Assembly (NCBI RefSeq): GCF_003019035.1
Contig: NZ_CP027448.1
From: Escherichia coli
GTDB taxonomy: Bacteria; Pseudomonadota; Gammaproteobacteria; Enterobacterales; Enterobacteriaceae
DNA: 64,000 nt
Strand: one strand, 5' to 3'
A model generated the notes under the pieces. The model saw only the letters and a list, made by a program, of their open reading frames with translations, made no database searches and was not told the origin of the DNA. Shown piece by piece: positions 1-8,800 of the stretch; the stretch's first letter is position 1; every line of letters starts with the position of its first letter. Position numbers and translations under genes: made by a program.

Positions 1-539
1 CGCTGTCTGTTTTCCCATTCAACACGACTGCGGCGCGCAGCAACCACTGCATCCTCAGACACATCAAGGGCGGCAAATAGCGCCGGTGTGAACGTGATAT
101 TGGTCGGAATGTAGCACCCGATAAGCGGATCATATTCCGTCTGGTAGGTAATCAGTCCCAGCTCTGCAAGGAACGTCAAGGCTCGGGTGGCCCGGGTGAT
201 GGAGAGTTTTCCGGCAGCAGACTCCGTCGCCAGTCCGCACTCAATGGCCAGCGTAGTGATGGAGCACTGGACGCGGTTGGCCAGCGGGTCATAGTGAAAA
301 CACAGCCCCTGCAGCAGCGCATCAATAGCCCGGCGACGCAGTACCGGTGGCATGCGCCGACGCAGTCCCTTCGAACGGGCATGTGCCACATGAATGGCGA
401 AATCAAAACGGGAGGTGAAGTCCACCGCCTTTTCCATCAGTTTTTCGCAGAACTTCAGCGTTCCGGCACCTTCACGGGGTGTGAATACCGGATTCGGGTT
501 CTTTACCTGGCGGTAATACGTTTGTTGAAGATCAGTCAC
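1..539 (-). CDS. repA1: RepA1 replication initiator, 5' part only (gene continues beyond window start)
   Basis: Manual minus-strand translation from a GTG at 539..537 gives [39 protein letters not shown]..., recognisable as IncFII RepA1; position downstream of copB/copA fits. Confidence 0.75.
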
Positions 540-606
540 ACCATCCTGCACTTACAATGCGCAGAAGGAGTGAGCACAGAAAGAAGTCTTGAACTTTTCC
601 GGGCAT
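532..606 (-). CDS. tap: Tap-like 24-aa leader peptide translationally coupled to repA1
   Basis: Minus-strand [27 protein letters not shown] whose stop overlaps the repA1 GTG; expected position in a RepFIIA control region. Confidence 0.5.
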
Positions 607-611
607 ATAAC

Positions 612-708
612 TATACTCCCCGCATAGCTGAATTGTTGGCTATACGGTTTTTAGATGGCCCCGGTAATCTTTCATGTCGCCAAACTTGAAGAAGATTATC
701 GGGGTTTT
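612..708 (+). ncRNA. copA: CopA-like antisense RNA (replication copy-number control)
   Basis: Two stem-loops on the plus strand (about 620..648 and 658..704) followed by a T-run at 705..708, antisense to the repA leader; ends approximate. Confidence 0.5.
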
Positions 709-822
709 CACTTTTCTGGCTCCTGTAAATCCACATCAGAACCGGTTCCCTGCCACCTTATGGCGTGGCCAGCCACAAAATTCCTTAAACGATCAGCAAT
801 CTATCACTCACGCCTGAGATAA

Positions 823-850
823 GCAATAATGTGAATATTCACATTATTGC
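823..850. promoter_or_regulatory. 28-bp perfect palindrome spanning the copB stop; candidate CopB operator at the repA promoter
   Basis: gcaataatgtgaat|attcacattattgc read directly; functional assignment is inference from RepFIIA biology. Confidence 0.4.
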
Positions 851-1096
851 TCTGCGTTTCAGCTCTGATTCAATCAGTTTTTCAAGCATCTGCGCCTGGG
901 TAATACCTTCCTCATCTGCCAGTTCACTCAGCCTGTCTTTTAAACGGGCCTGGATAACCGCATGAAAAGCCTTATGAGTGTTGCTTCTGCGAGCCAGAGA
1001 AGCCCTTTGCCTCTCTCTGGCCGGAACAGGGTTACCTTTCCGGTATGCACGCTTGTTACCTGATGAGGAAGTCACTGCATTTTCTGTCTGCGACAT
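839..1096 (-). CDS. copB: CopB/RepA2 replication regulatory protein
   Basis: 85-aa [16 protein letters not shown]...[19 protein letters not shown], recognisable as IncFII CopB; upstream of copA/repA1 as expected. Confidence 0.85.
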
Positions 1097-1335
1097 CTCG
1101 CCTCCTCAATACTTAAACAGGGATCATTTCGCAGAGGATACTACAGTTTTTTGAAATCAGCGACTTGAGAATTGTGACAAAGATCTGTGTTGGCGCACAA
1201 ATCAACGGGGATTACTGTCGTTTAATGTGATTTAAACTGTGAAATAGTATGGTTTTCAGTTATGGAAACGCCGGGAGCGGAGAAAACTTGCTTTTTCCCG
1301 TTTCCGGGGTTGGACAACTGAGCAACGCGAAGGCG

Positions 1336-1926
1336 TCAGCTACGATGTTCAGGTGGCTGCTGATCAGCCCCTGTTGTATTCAGCCATTCGCCGGTCATCT
1401 GCAGCAGTTTTCTGGCATCGTGGCTTCTGAGCAACGGTATACCAGCCTGCCTCATAACCTCTTCCAGAAGAATATCCCGGCGTCTGCGTTCCGGTCGTAA
1501 ATGGCTGGCATCATCCAGCTCTACTGCTGCAACAATACTGAACGAACGCCGCTCAACGATAACCACATCAACATGCCACTGGGACACCATCCTGAATAAC
1601 TGCCACCACTGACGTGATCGTGGCCGGATATTCCCGTTCAGCTGGACGATATCAGCGCCCCGTACCTGCGGGCACAGATACCACCGCTTCATATCCACAA
1701 TCCTGAACAACCCTTTCATGAAACTGACCTCTCTTTCTGTCAGCAACGTTTTCTGACGCTGCCAGTATTCACCGCTGACCAGTATTCGCTCAGCTTCACT
1801 GGGGCGTATGCCTGCTGCATGTAACCGTATCAGTGCGGGAGGACAGTTTTTACTCCTCCGGAATATTATCCGGACAGACAAAACAGCTATAATAATAACG
1901 ACTACAATGAAAATAATTAAATTCAT
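1336..1926 (-). CDS. Membrane-anchored hypothetical protein, possibly DUF2726/NERD-like nuclease fold
   Basis: ORF with N-terminal hydrophobic helix (MNLIIFIVVVIIIAVL) and motif HVDVVIVER...AAVELDD; likely start at 1926 rather than the track start 1995. Confidence 0.5.
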   Translation of the reverse strand: MNLIIFIVVVIIIAVLSVRIIFRRSKNCPPALIRLHAAGIRPSEAERILVSGEYWQRQKTLLTEREVSFMKGLFRIVDMKRWYLCPQVRGADIVQLNGNIRPRSRQWWQLFRMVSQWHVDVVIVERRSFSIVAAVELDDASHLRPERRRRDILLEEVMRQAGIPLLRSHDARKLLQMTGEWLNTTGADQQPPEHRS

Positions 1927-2077
1927 TATTATGTCCTTAATTACATATGAGTCCAGATGAACGAATGTAGTTTTCACCCGAAGTAAGACTCGCAATATTT
2001 ATCCCATGAATTACCTGAACGTTATCAGAAATACGACAAACCAGATCCGCAACAGATAATTCTGTTGTGATAAGGGG

Positions 2078-2740
2078 TCACCGCCTCGTTAACCAGACAA
2101 TTTTATCAGCCTGGATTTTAATTACCCCACGACGAACCAACTCACTACGTATACTAACAGCCCGTTCTTTATGCCATTCTCCTCGCATATGCGATTTTAA
2201 ATAATTATTAAACCCCTCCACTGACACCGGTAAATTCCGCACATCACTTCCGGATGCCTGCTGCATTCTGTTAGCCCACCGGATAATAACATCCCCCTCA
2301 GGGACAATCAGGTGAGATACCGGCAAATGACTCTCAGCGTGCTCTGGCGCAATACGTTCGCAACGAAAACCCCGTTTTTGCAGAGTATGAATTATTCCAT
2401 CATAGCCTTTATCGTTTGAAATAATATGCCAGGTGTTGTTTCCGGCACTGCAGCACGTCATCCTGCCGAGCTCCATAACAAGGTGAAAGTCAACATTATT
2501 CTTCGAAATGTTATCTATCTGTCTGATACTCACTCTGATATTATCTGGCCAGGTATCAGCAGGTAAGACCACTGTTTGCTGAAGAGGACCAGCAAATAAA
2601 ATCAAATCGGTATAATCAGCAAGCGATATATTTCTCAGATTGCAACAGTTTTCATAATCAATGAGCGCAATGCGTAATGCTTCATTTCTCATCATGTTTT
2701 CCATTATATATTCACCATAATAAAACAGAATAAACTGCAA
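2078..2740 (-). CDS. Hypothetical protein (possible NYN/PIN-like N-terminus)
   Basis: 220-aa ORF; N-terminal LIDYENCCN resembles a nuclease-like acidic motif; start may be an internal Met (MENMM). Confidence 0.5.
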   Translation of the reverse strand: MQFILFYYGEYIMENMMRNEALRIALIDYENCCNLRNISLADYTDLILFAGPLQQTVVLPADTWPDNIRVSIRQIDNISKNNVDFHLVMELGRMTCCSAGNNTWHIISNDKGYDGIIHTLQKRGFRCERIAPEHAESHLPVSHLIVPEGDVIIRWANRMQQASGSDVRNLPVSVEGFNNYLKSHMRGEWHKERAVSIRSELVRRGVIKIQADKIVWLTRR

Positions 2741-3115
2741 ACCCGACGCAGTGTATCTACCGGTCTGGTTAAGTTTTCATTATCGGAATATAAAATATTG
2801 TCTGCCGCCAGTCAGGCAGCCCGGAGTTCCGTGAGTGATATAACAAATCAATAAACCACCACTTAATTCATAAACATCCTTGTGTCACTATAAGCCGGTC
2901 GGTTATCCGGTGCGCCATGAGTAATCCGTTCTGAAGAACGGAAATACAGAGTGCCAGGTTGTCTCTCATAATACAAAAGCAAATTTCATGCATCATTCAG
3001 CCTCCTTACCCTGGAGAAACGGAGGCTGTTTTTTTATATTCCTGAAACACCATCCGCAATGATTCATCGCTGGTGAGTTTTATGAATTTAATCTCAAATA
3101 TGCCAGCCTCTTTAT

Positions 3116-3325
3116 TTATTCCTTCCGTCCATATTTCCGGCATCGTTCTGCGCGTAGCCGGGCAAATCGTCGCCAGTCCGCCCGGGGAGCAATTCCGGCG
3201 GCCTGACACCACGCCTCAGCAGCCTCCATCCAGAATCCACGGATTTCCAGATTAACAGCCCTGTGTCCGGTACGCTGCCAGCGCCAGACCTGGCCGTTTC
3301 GTGAACTGTTTCTGAATCCATTCAT
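3116..3325 (-). CDS. Small Arg/Trp-rich hypothetical protein
   Basis: 69-aa ORF preceded on the minus strand by AAAGGGGGACAGGAAA-ATG (good Shine-Dalgarno); no family recognised. Confidence 0.35.
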   Translation of the reverse strand: MNGFRNSSRNGQVWRWQRTGHRAVNLEIRGFWMEAAEAWCQAAGIAPRADWRRFARLRAERCRKYGRKE

Positions 3326-3429
3326 TTTCCTGTCCCCCTTTAGTTGTCAGTATTATTGTGATAAATAATTCAGTGGACTAGTTTTCTTTCGGGTACGGAA
3401 GTTATTTCCTTTTAAGCCTTATTTCCCTG

Positions 3430-3456
3430 CCTCCTCTCTCTGAGGGAGGCTTTTTT
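3430..3456 (+). terminator. Hairpin plus T-run (plus-strand orientation), role unclear
   Basis: gcctcc-loop-ggaggc followed by tttttt immediately before the finO stop region. Confidence 0.3.
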
Positions 3457-4016
3457 CATTTCTCATCAAGCACGGCCTGAAGTTCTGCCTTTATCCGGTT
3501 CTGGCGGCGGATTTTATCCAGACGCGTTGCCGCATACGCTTCCTCCTCCTGAGAAATATGCTCCGTCACATACCCTTCCGTGTCATACCGGCAGGCACCG
3601 GCTTTCATGGCACACAGATAGCTTTCTGAACGGGTGATGGCCTTCAGCGCCCTGCGCAGTTTTTTATGCGAGAGTGGGATATTCCGCTGCGCCACGTCTT
3701 CCATTAACACGTCCCGGATACCACAGGCCAGAAGCCGGGGTGTGTCACCGTCAAACAATCCCGGCCACCAGGGCTTCAGGGTGTTCACGGCCTCATCCAG
3801 CGTGGGCAGGTTCAGATAAATGGACAGCGCCTGTCTGGCCTGCGCTTTTTTTGCCGCCAGCTCCGCTTCCCGGGCTGCTTTCTCGGCCAGCTTCTGCTTT
3901 TTCACCTTCCATTTTGGTGGCGTGGTGACATTGATGATGGTTTTCCGGCTGCGGACAGGCGTCTCTCCTTCCGTTTTCCGCTTCAGTGTCAGTACAGGTC
4001 GTTTTTGCTCTGCCAT
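3456..4016 (-). CDS. finO: FinO fertility inhibition protein (RNA chaperone for FinP)
   Basis: ORF contains [40 protein letters not shown]..., near-identical to F/R100 FinO; start set at the internal Met, track ORF starts at 4091. Confidence 0.9.
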   Translation of the reverse strand: MAEQKRPVLTLKRKTEGETPVRSRKTIINVTTPPKWKVKKQKLAEKAAREAELAAKKAQARQALSIYLNLPTLDEAVNTLKPWWPGLFDGDTPRLLACGIRDVLMEDVAQRNIPLSHKKLRRALKAITRSESYLCAMKAGACRYDTEGYVTEHISQEEEAYAATRLDKIRRQNRIKAELQAVLDEK

Positions 4017-4118
4017 GCTTACTCTGACCTTCGTGAAAATATGCCCTGCAGGCCGTTGAAACAACTCATCGTAACAGGAAGTTAATTTCAACGACCTTTA
4101 ACGTATAAATACTGACAA

Positions 4119-4978
4119 TTAAAGATATTGTTTAAACCATTGTGTCTGCACAGCTACTACACGTTCAAAAAACGCGCCCTCATAAATATCATAATGGCAT
4201 GCATCAGCTTCCTCGTATAATTCCTTAGTACCAGAAGCAACAGCATCATATAATGCTCTTCCCTGTTCCGGTGGATTAACGCTATCCTGGCCGGCAATAA
4301 CAACCAAAACTGGGCACTGGACGCTGGCTGCACTCTCTGCCGGTTTATATTGCAACGTTTCCATGACCGTAAGGAAAGGTATTTTTATATCCATTTCGGG
4401 ATGCCGGGCTTTGATTTTCTCGAAGAATACCTTCGATTCATTATCACTTAGTACCCGTGTAACCCCCACAAACATCTCTTTCCCGGTGTTTTTCTTCTTC
4501 TCTGCCATTTTATTCAGCGTGGATAGAAAAGACGCTCTCTCCGATTCATTCATCTCTCCGGTAACCAGAACATCACCGTCAGCAAAAGCCAGCTGGCTGA
4601 CAATACATTTTACGCGTTGGTCCTGCGCAGCTGCACTGAAGACATGCCCCCTCCCAGCGATGTTCCCCATAACCCAATACGCTGATTATCAATACATTCC
4701 TGCTTTTCTGCCCAATTGATAACTGAAATAATATCTTCGGTCTGCATTGCAGGAACCAGACGCCCTCGTTCTCCATCACTCTCACCGAATCCTCGATAAT
4801 CAAAAGTAATCGTTGCGAATCCTGCTTCTGTGAAGGCATTCGCAAAGCAAGGGAGCAGAACATTCCTGATACCGCAAAACCCATGGCATAAGATAATCAA
4901 CGGATGTTTTATATTTCCTTCAGGAACACGAAATGTCAGGGCAATACCTTCAGAGAGTTTGTGATCCGTAATTTTCAT
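4119..4978 (-). pseudogene. Frameshifted alpha/beta-hydrolase (dienelactone-hydrolase-like) gene
   Basis: Two overlapping ORFs in different frames (4610..4978 with GxSxG elbow GLWGTSLGGG, and 4119..4670 continuing ...GHVFSAAAQDQRVK...) that read as one hydrolase if a 1-nt shift near 4620..4660 is corrected. Confidence 0.6.
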
Positions 4979-5036
4979 AAATATCCTGTGTTATGTTGTT
5001 TATTAATAATCAGAATCAGCGTCAGTATCATACCAG

Positions 5037-5783
5037 TCACAACGCCAGAATGCCCAGCACAGCCAGATGACAGGCATAGAACGTCGGGAAAAAATCCCCG
5101 GGCCAGAAACGGGGTAATGATTTCCCTGCACACGACACCAGACCAACGGTCAGCACCGTCATCACAAGACCAGCTACAGCCGCCACATCACTGATAGTAA
5201 GGTTAAGAGCAGGAATAACAGCCAGCAGGCATGTAACCAGAACCAGACTCTCCGCTCTGTATTCCGCCCGGTATACCCGGTAGCTGGCCGCTAACATCAA
5301 CACCCCGACAATACCGTAACTGGTACCGGACAAAGGCAGCCATACTGCCAGAAGCGACATAGTCCCTGCGGAACGCCACAGGCTGCGCGTTTCACACCAT
5401 GTCAGCACCTGTGCCGCAACGGCAAAGGCAAACAGGATATTCCCCTCATACCAGGGAAAGCCGGCCAGATAATATGCGAACTGGGCAATCACTGCCCATC
5501 CCCACAACCGGTTAATGGCCTCCTGCCGGATATGCGTATGACGGGACAGATTCAGCCCCCACACCAGGGCAAAAAGCGGAAAGGCTCCTCGACCGGCCAG
5601 AAACATCCACGTCTTGTCCAGATGCAGAATGCGGTTTGCATGGTCCAGTACCATCAGCACCAGTGCCACCGTTTTGATGATATCCCGCTGTCCGGGTGAC
5701 CAGACCAGCAACGACTGCAACCAGGTATCGGTCCGGGCAGCCAGTGAATCGTTACGTGTCGTGTTCGTGTTATCCGTTGTCAT
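5037..5783 (-). CDS. traX: TraX pilin N-acetylase
   Basis: ORF contains MTTDNTNTTRNDSLAARTDTWLQSLLVWSPGQRDI..., matching F TraX; start set at the internal Met. Confidence 0.9.
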   Translation of the reverse strand: MTTDNTNTTRNDSLAARTDTWLQSLLVWSPGQRDIIKTVALVLMVLDHANRILHLDKTWMFLAGRGAFPLFALVWGLNLSRHTHIRQEAINRLWGWAVIAQFAYYLAGFPWYEGNILFAFAVAAQVLTWCETRSLWRSAGTMSLLAVWLPLSGTSYGIVGVLMLAASYRVYRAEYRAESLVLVTCLLAVIPALNLTISDVAAVAGLVMTVLTVGLVSCAGKSLPRFWPGDFFPTFYACHLAVLGILAL

Positions 5784-5802
5784 CAGTGTTTGTCTTCCTG
5801 TA

Positions 5803-8800
5803 TCAGTCTCCGCCCAGGGTTTTCTCTTTCTGCAGGTCACGAACCATATCCCGCTCCATCTGCTGCAGACGCTCCTGCAGCAGATTTTCCCGGGCAACCT
5901 CCCGGACCGCTTCCCGCTCCCGTTGTGATTCACGCAGCACACTATCCGGCAGCGCGGCTTCCCGTTCAGTTATGGCAGCCCGGTCACGCTCCTGCCCGGC
6001 AATTTCCCTGACAGCCAGCTCTGTTTTGCCATCCGGCAGGTCAGGTTTGTTCTCTGCCATTTTACGGACAATTTCATCTGCGCGGCGTTCCGTTTCACGG
6101 CGGATGGCCTCTTCAGCCTGCCTCTGTGCCAGCACCTCTGCCGTGACCGGTTCGCCATTTCCGGCTCCCGGCTGGACGCTGTTGTCCGGGATATCCCCCC
6201 ACACGCGGCCACCGGTTATGGCACCGGGATTCCACGGACGGCCTTCACCGGCGATTCTTACCACCACACCACTGTCAGGATTATCACGGGCAATCCGGAC
6301 ACCATCCTGCATATTATCAGCCAGCAGGCTTTCTCCGTTACGGCTGCCCTGCAGGGCCACAAACTGTGCATCTTCACTGCCCTTCACCCGGCCTTCACCA
6401 CTGAATCCCCGCAGCCCGTTTCCGTCATCCGTGGTCAGCGGGTTCAGCCAGATACCGGCAGACTTGCCGTTACGGTCAAAAGCCGGCAGTGCCACATACG
6501 GCTGTGGGTATTTGCGCCCCGGAGCAATAAACCGTGCAGGACTGTCTCCCCCGGCCAGCCCCGCCTGACGAAGAACGGCTCGGCCTGCCGCCACGTCCCG
6601 CAGCTCCCGCGCCGTACTGAACAGCCGCTCTGCATTCATGACCTCCCGGTCCGATTTCGGCTCAAACACATCGTGGGCAGTTCCTTTCTGTTCGGCATTG
6701 TTAATGGCATCCGTCCAGCCCTGACGGTTATCGGTGTACACCTGCACATGCTGCTTCATACGCGACAGGGCCACGTAGGCTGACTCAAAGCCGGCCATCT
6801 GTTTCCGGCTGCCTTCCGTGCCTTCAAGCGCAATGGCAAAGGTTTCACTTGCCCCCTGCGCACCGTGGGCGGTGATGGCATAGGCCAGGTCAATATGTTG
6901 CTCTGCCCGCTCCTGACCGGGGCGAATCACCCGGGTCTGCTGTCCGCCCGACAGCGTGACACTGTCACCGGAAACCGCTGTCACCGTCCAGACGCTGTTG
7001 GCCACATAGCCGCGCTCCCGGTCACTCTTCGTGAAGCGCATCCGGTCACCGGTCCCCACCCGGATGGTGTCCGGGGTGTACAGTGTGACACCTTCAGCCA
7101 CCGCCTCCCGGGGCGAAATCAGCCGCGTGTTACCTTCCGCATCCTGCAGGGTTATCAGCCCGTCACCCTTACTGATACCGGCAATCCGGTGATACACATT
7201 ATCCACCAGGACAAGTGCGTCCCGATGTGTCTCCCAGGTGGAGAGACGACGCAACTCCCCGTCGCGTATATTCGCTGTGTTCAGGACAGGCACCATGACC
7301 TGCTCTTTCCCCAGCTCACCGGCCTTTTCCCGTGCATCATGAATCATGCTGTTCAGTACGCGCCGGTCCTCATTCAGGTGCGTGACAATAAGCGTCTGCT
7401 CCCGTGCTTCCGGCGTCCTGCCGGTATAGTCGCGGACAATGGCTTCATACAGTGTCATGGGGACATCCGGAAAAGCCTCGCCGTTCTGCATCGCCTTCTG
7501 CTGCGCTTCTGCCAGTTTCGCTTCCTGGCTGTGACTGAACTCCGTCACAGAGTGCTCCGGTACCCATGCGCCCTCCTGACGTGGCACCTGAGACGGTTTC
7601 ACACTCTCAAGCCCGGACAATGCCCTTTCCACATCCCGGTTAATCAGGCTGTATACCGCCTCCCGCAGTTCCGGCGTCTGACGCACAATCTCCTTCATGA
7701 TGGCCACATCGGCAGCGCTGCGCGTCTGCTGGAGACGGAAAGGCTGACCGGGCGCGATGGCCTGCAGCTGGTCCGTGTCACCGCTGGCCACTGCACGACC
7801 ACCACCGGCCGCAATCAGGGCATATGCCCGTGCCATGTCGGTATTGCCCACCATTGAGCTCTCATCGAGCAGGAACAGCGTGTTGCTGAAATCCGGCGTT
7901 TCTCCGCTGCGCAGCTGCAGCTGCGTGCCATGCAGAAAGGACGCCAGTGTCTGTGCATCCACGCCGGCGCTGCGCATCTCCCCGACCGCACGGTGCGTGG
8001 GCCCCAGCCCCACGACACGGGGACGCTCACTCTCCGGCAGCATGTTCACGGCTGACATCACCGCCCGGAACTGTGTGGTCTTACCCACACCGGCATAGCC
8101 CTGCACCACCGTGAAACGGTCGGACGTTTCCAGTATCATGCGGGTGGCGGCACGCTGTCCTGATGTCAGACTCTCCATGACTCCGCCAGGGACTCTCTCC
8201 ATCAGCGGCGTGACCGCCTCCTTACCTTCGAGAATATGGCGAAGAATGCTCTTTTCTGCCTCATACGACGCACGGGAAACCAGCAGGCCTGTGCCATAGC
8301 CTTTTGCCACATCCACATACAGTAAATCACCGCGTTTTATCTGCGCATTGATTTCCCCTCCCAGTTCAGTAAAACTGGTTCCTTCTGCAGCAAACGACTT
8401 CGCCTCTGTCAGCAGGTCCACCATGCTGAAGGCCAGGTTTTTACTTTCCAGCACAGGAAGGGCCAGATGAATGGCCTGCTGTGCCGGCGTGTGAAGCCCG
8501 GCTTTCTGCAGACTGATAGCGGTTTCCAGCAATGTCTCACCGGCACGCGCCTTTATCTGCTCAGAAACCACCGTAAAGGAGGGATGGCGGGCAAGGTTTT
8601 CCGCCGTACGGGTTTCATCCAGCGAGGAATACAGCCGGACATCACGACCGCTGCGGGCCAGACCGTTCAGGGTGGCGTTGTCCATTGCCATCTGTGTGAC
8701 GGAGGCAAAAACCTTCGCACTGTCGCTGACGGAATGCCCGGGCGTTTCCACCCAGCCGTTCTCCAGCTTCAGTGCCGTGAACGGTGAATCGCTCACAGGC

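Noticed and set aside
294-689. 131-aa plus-strand ORF
   Set aside because: Antisense to repA1 and overlapping the tap/CopA control region; explained by RepFIIA features.
6865-7857. 330-aa plus-strand ORF (and others at 5696..6568, 8467..9519, 9932..10608)
   Set aside because: Antisense to the well-supported traI gene; composition typical of an opposite-strand frame in GC-rich coding DNA.
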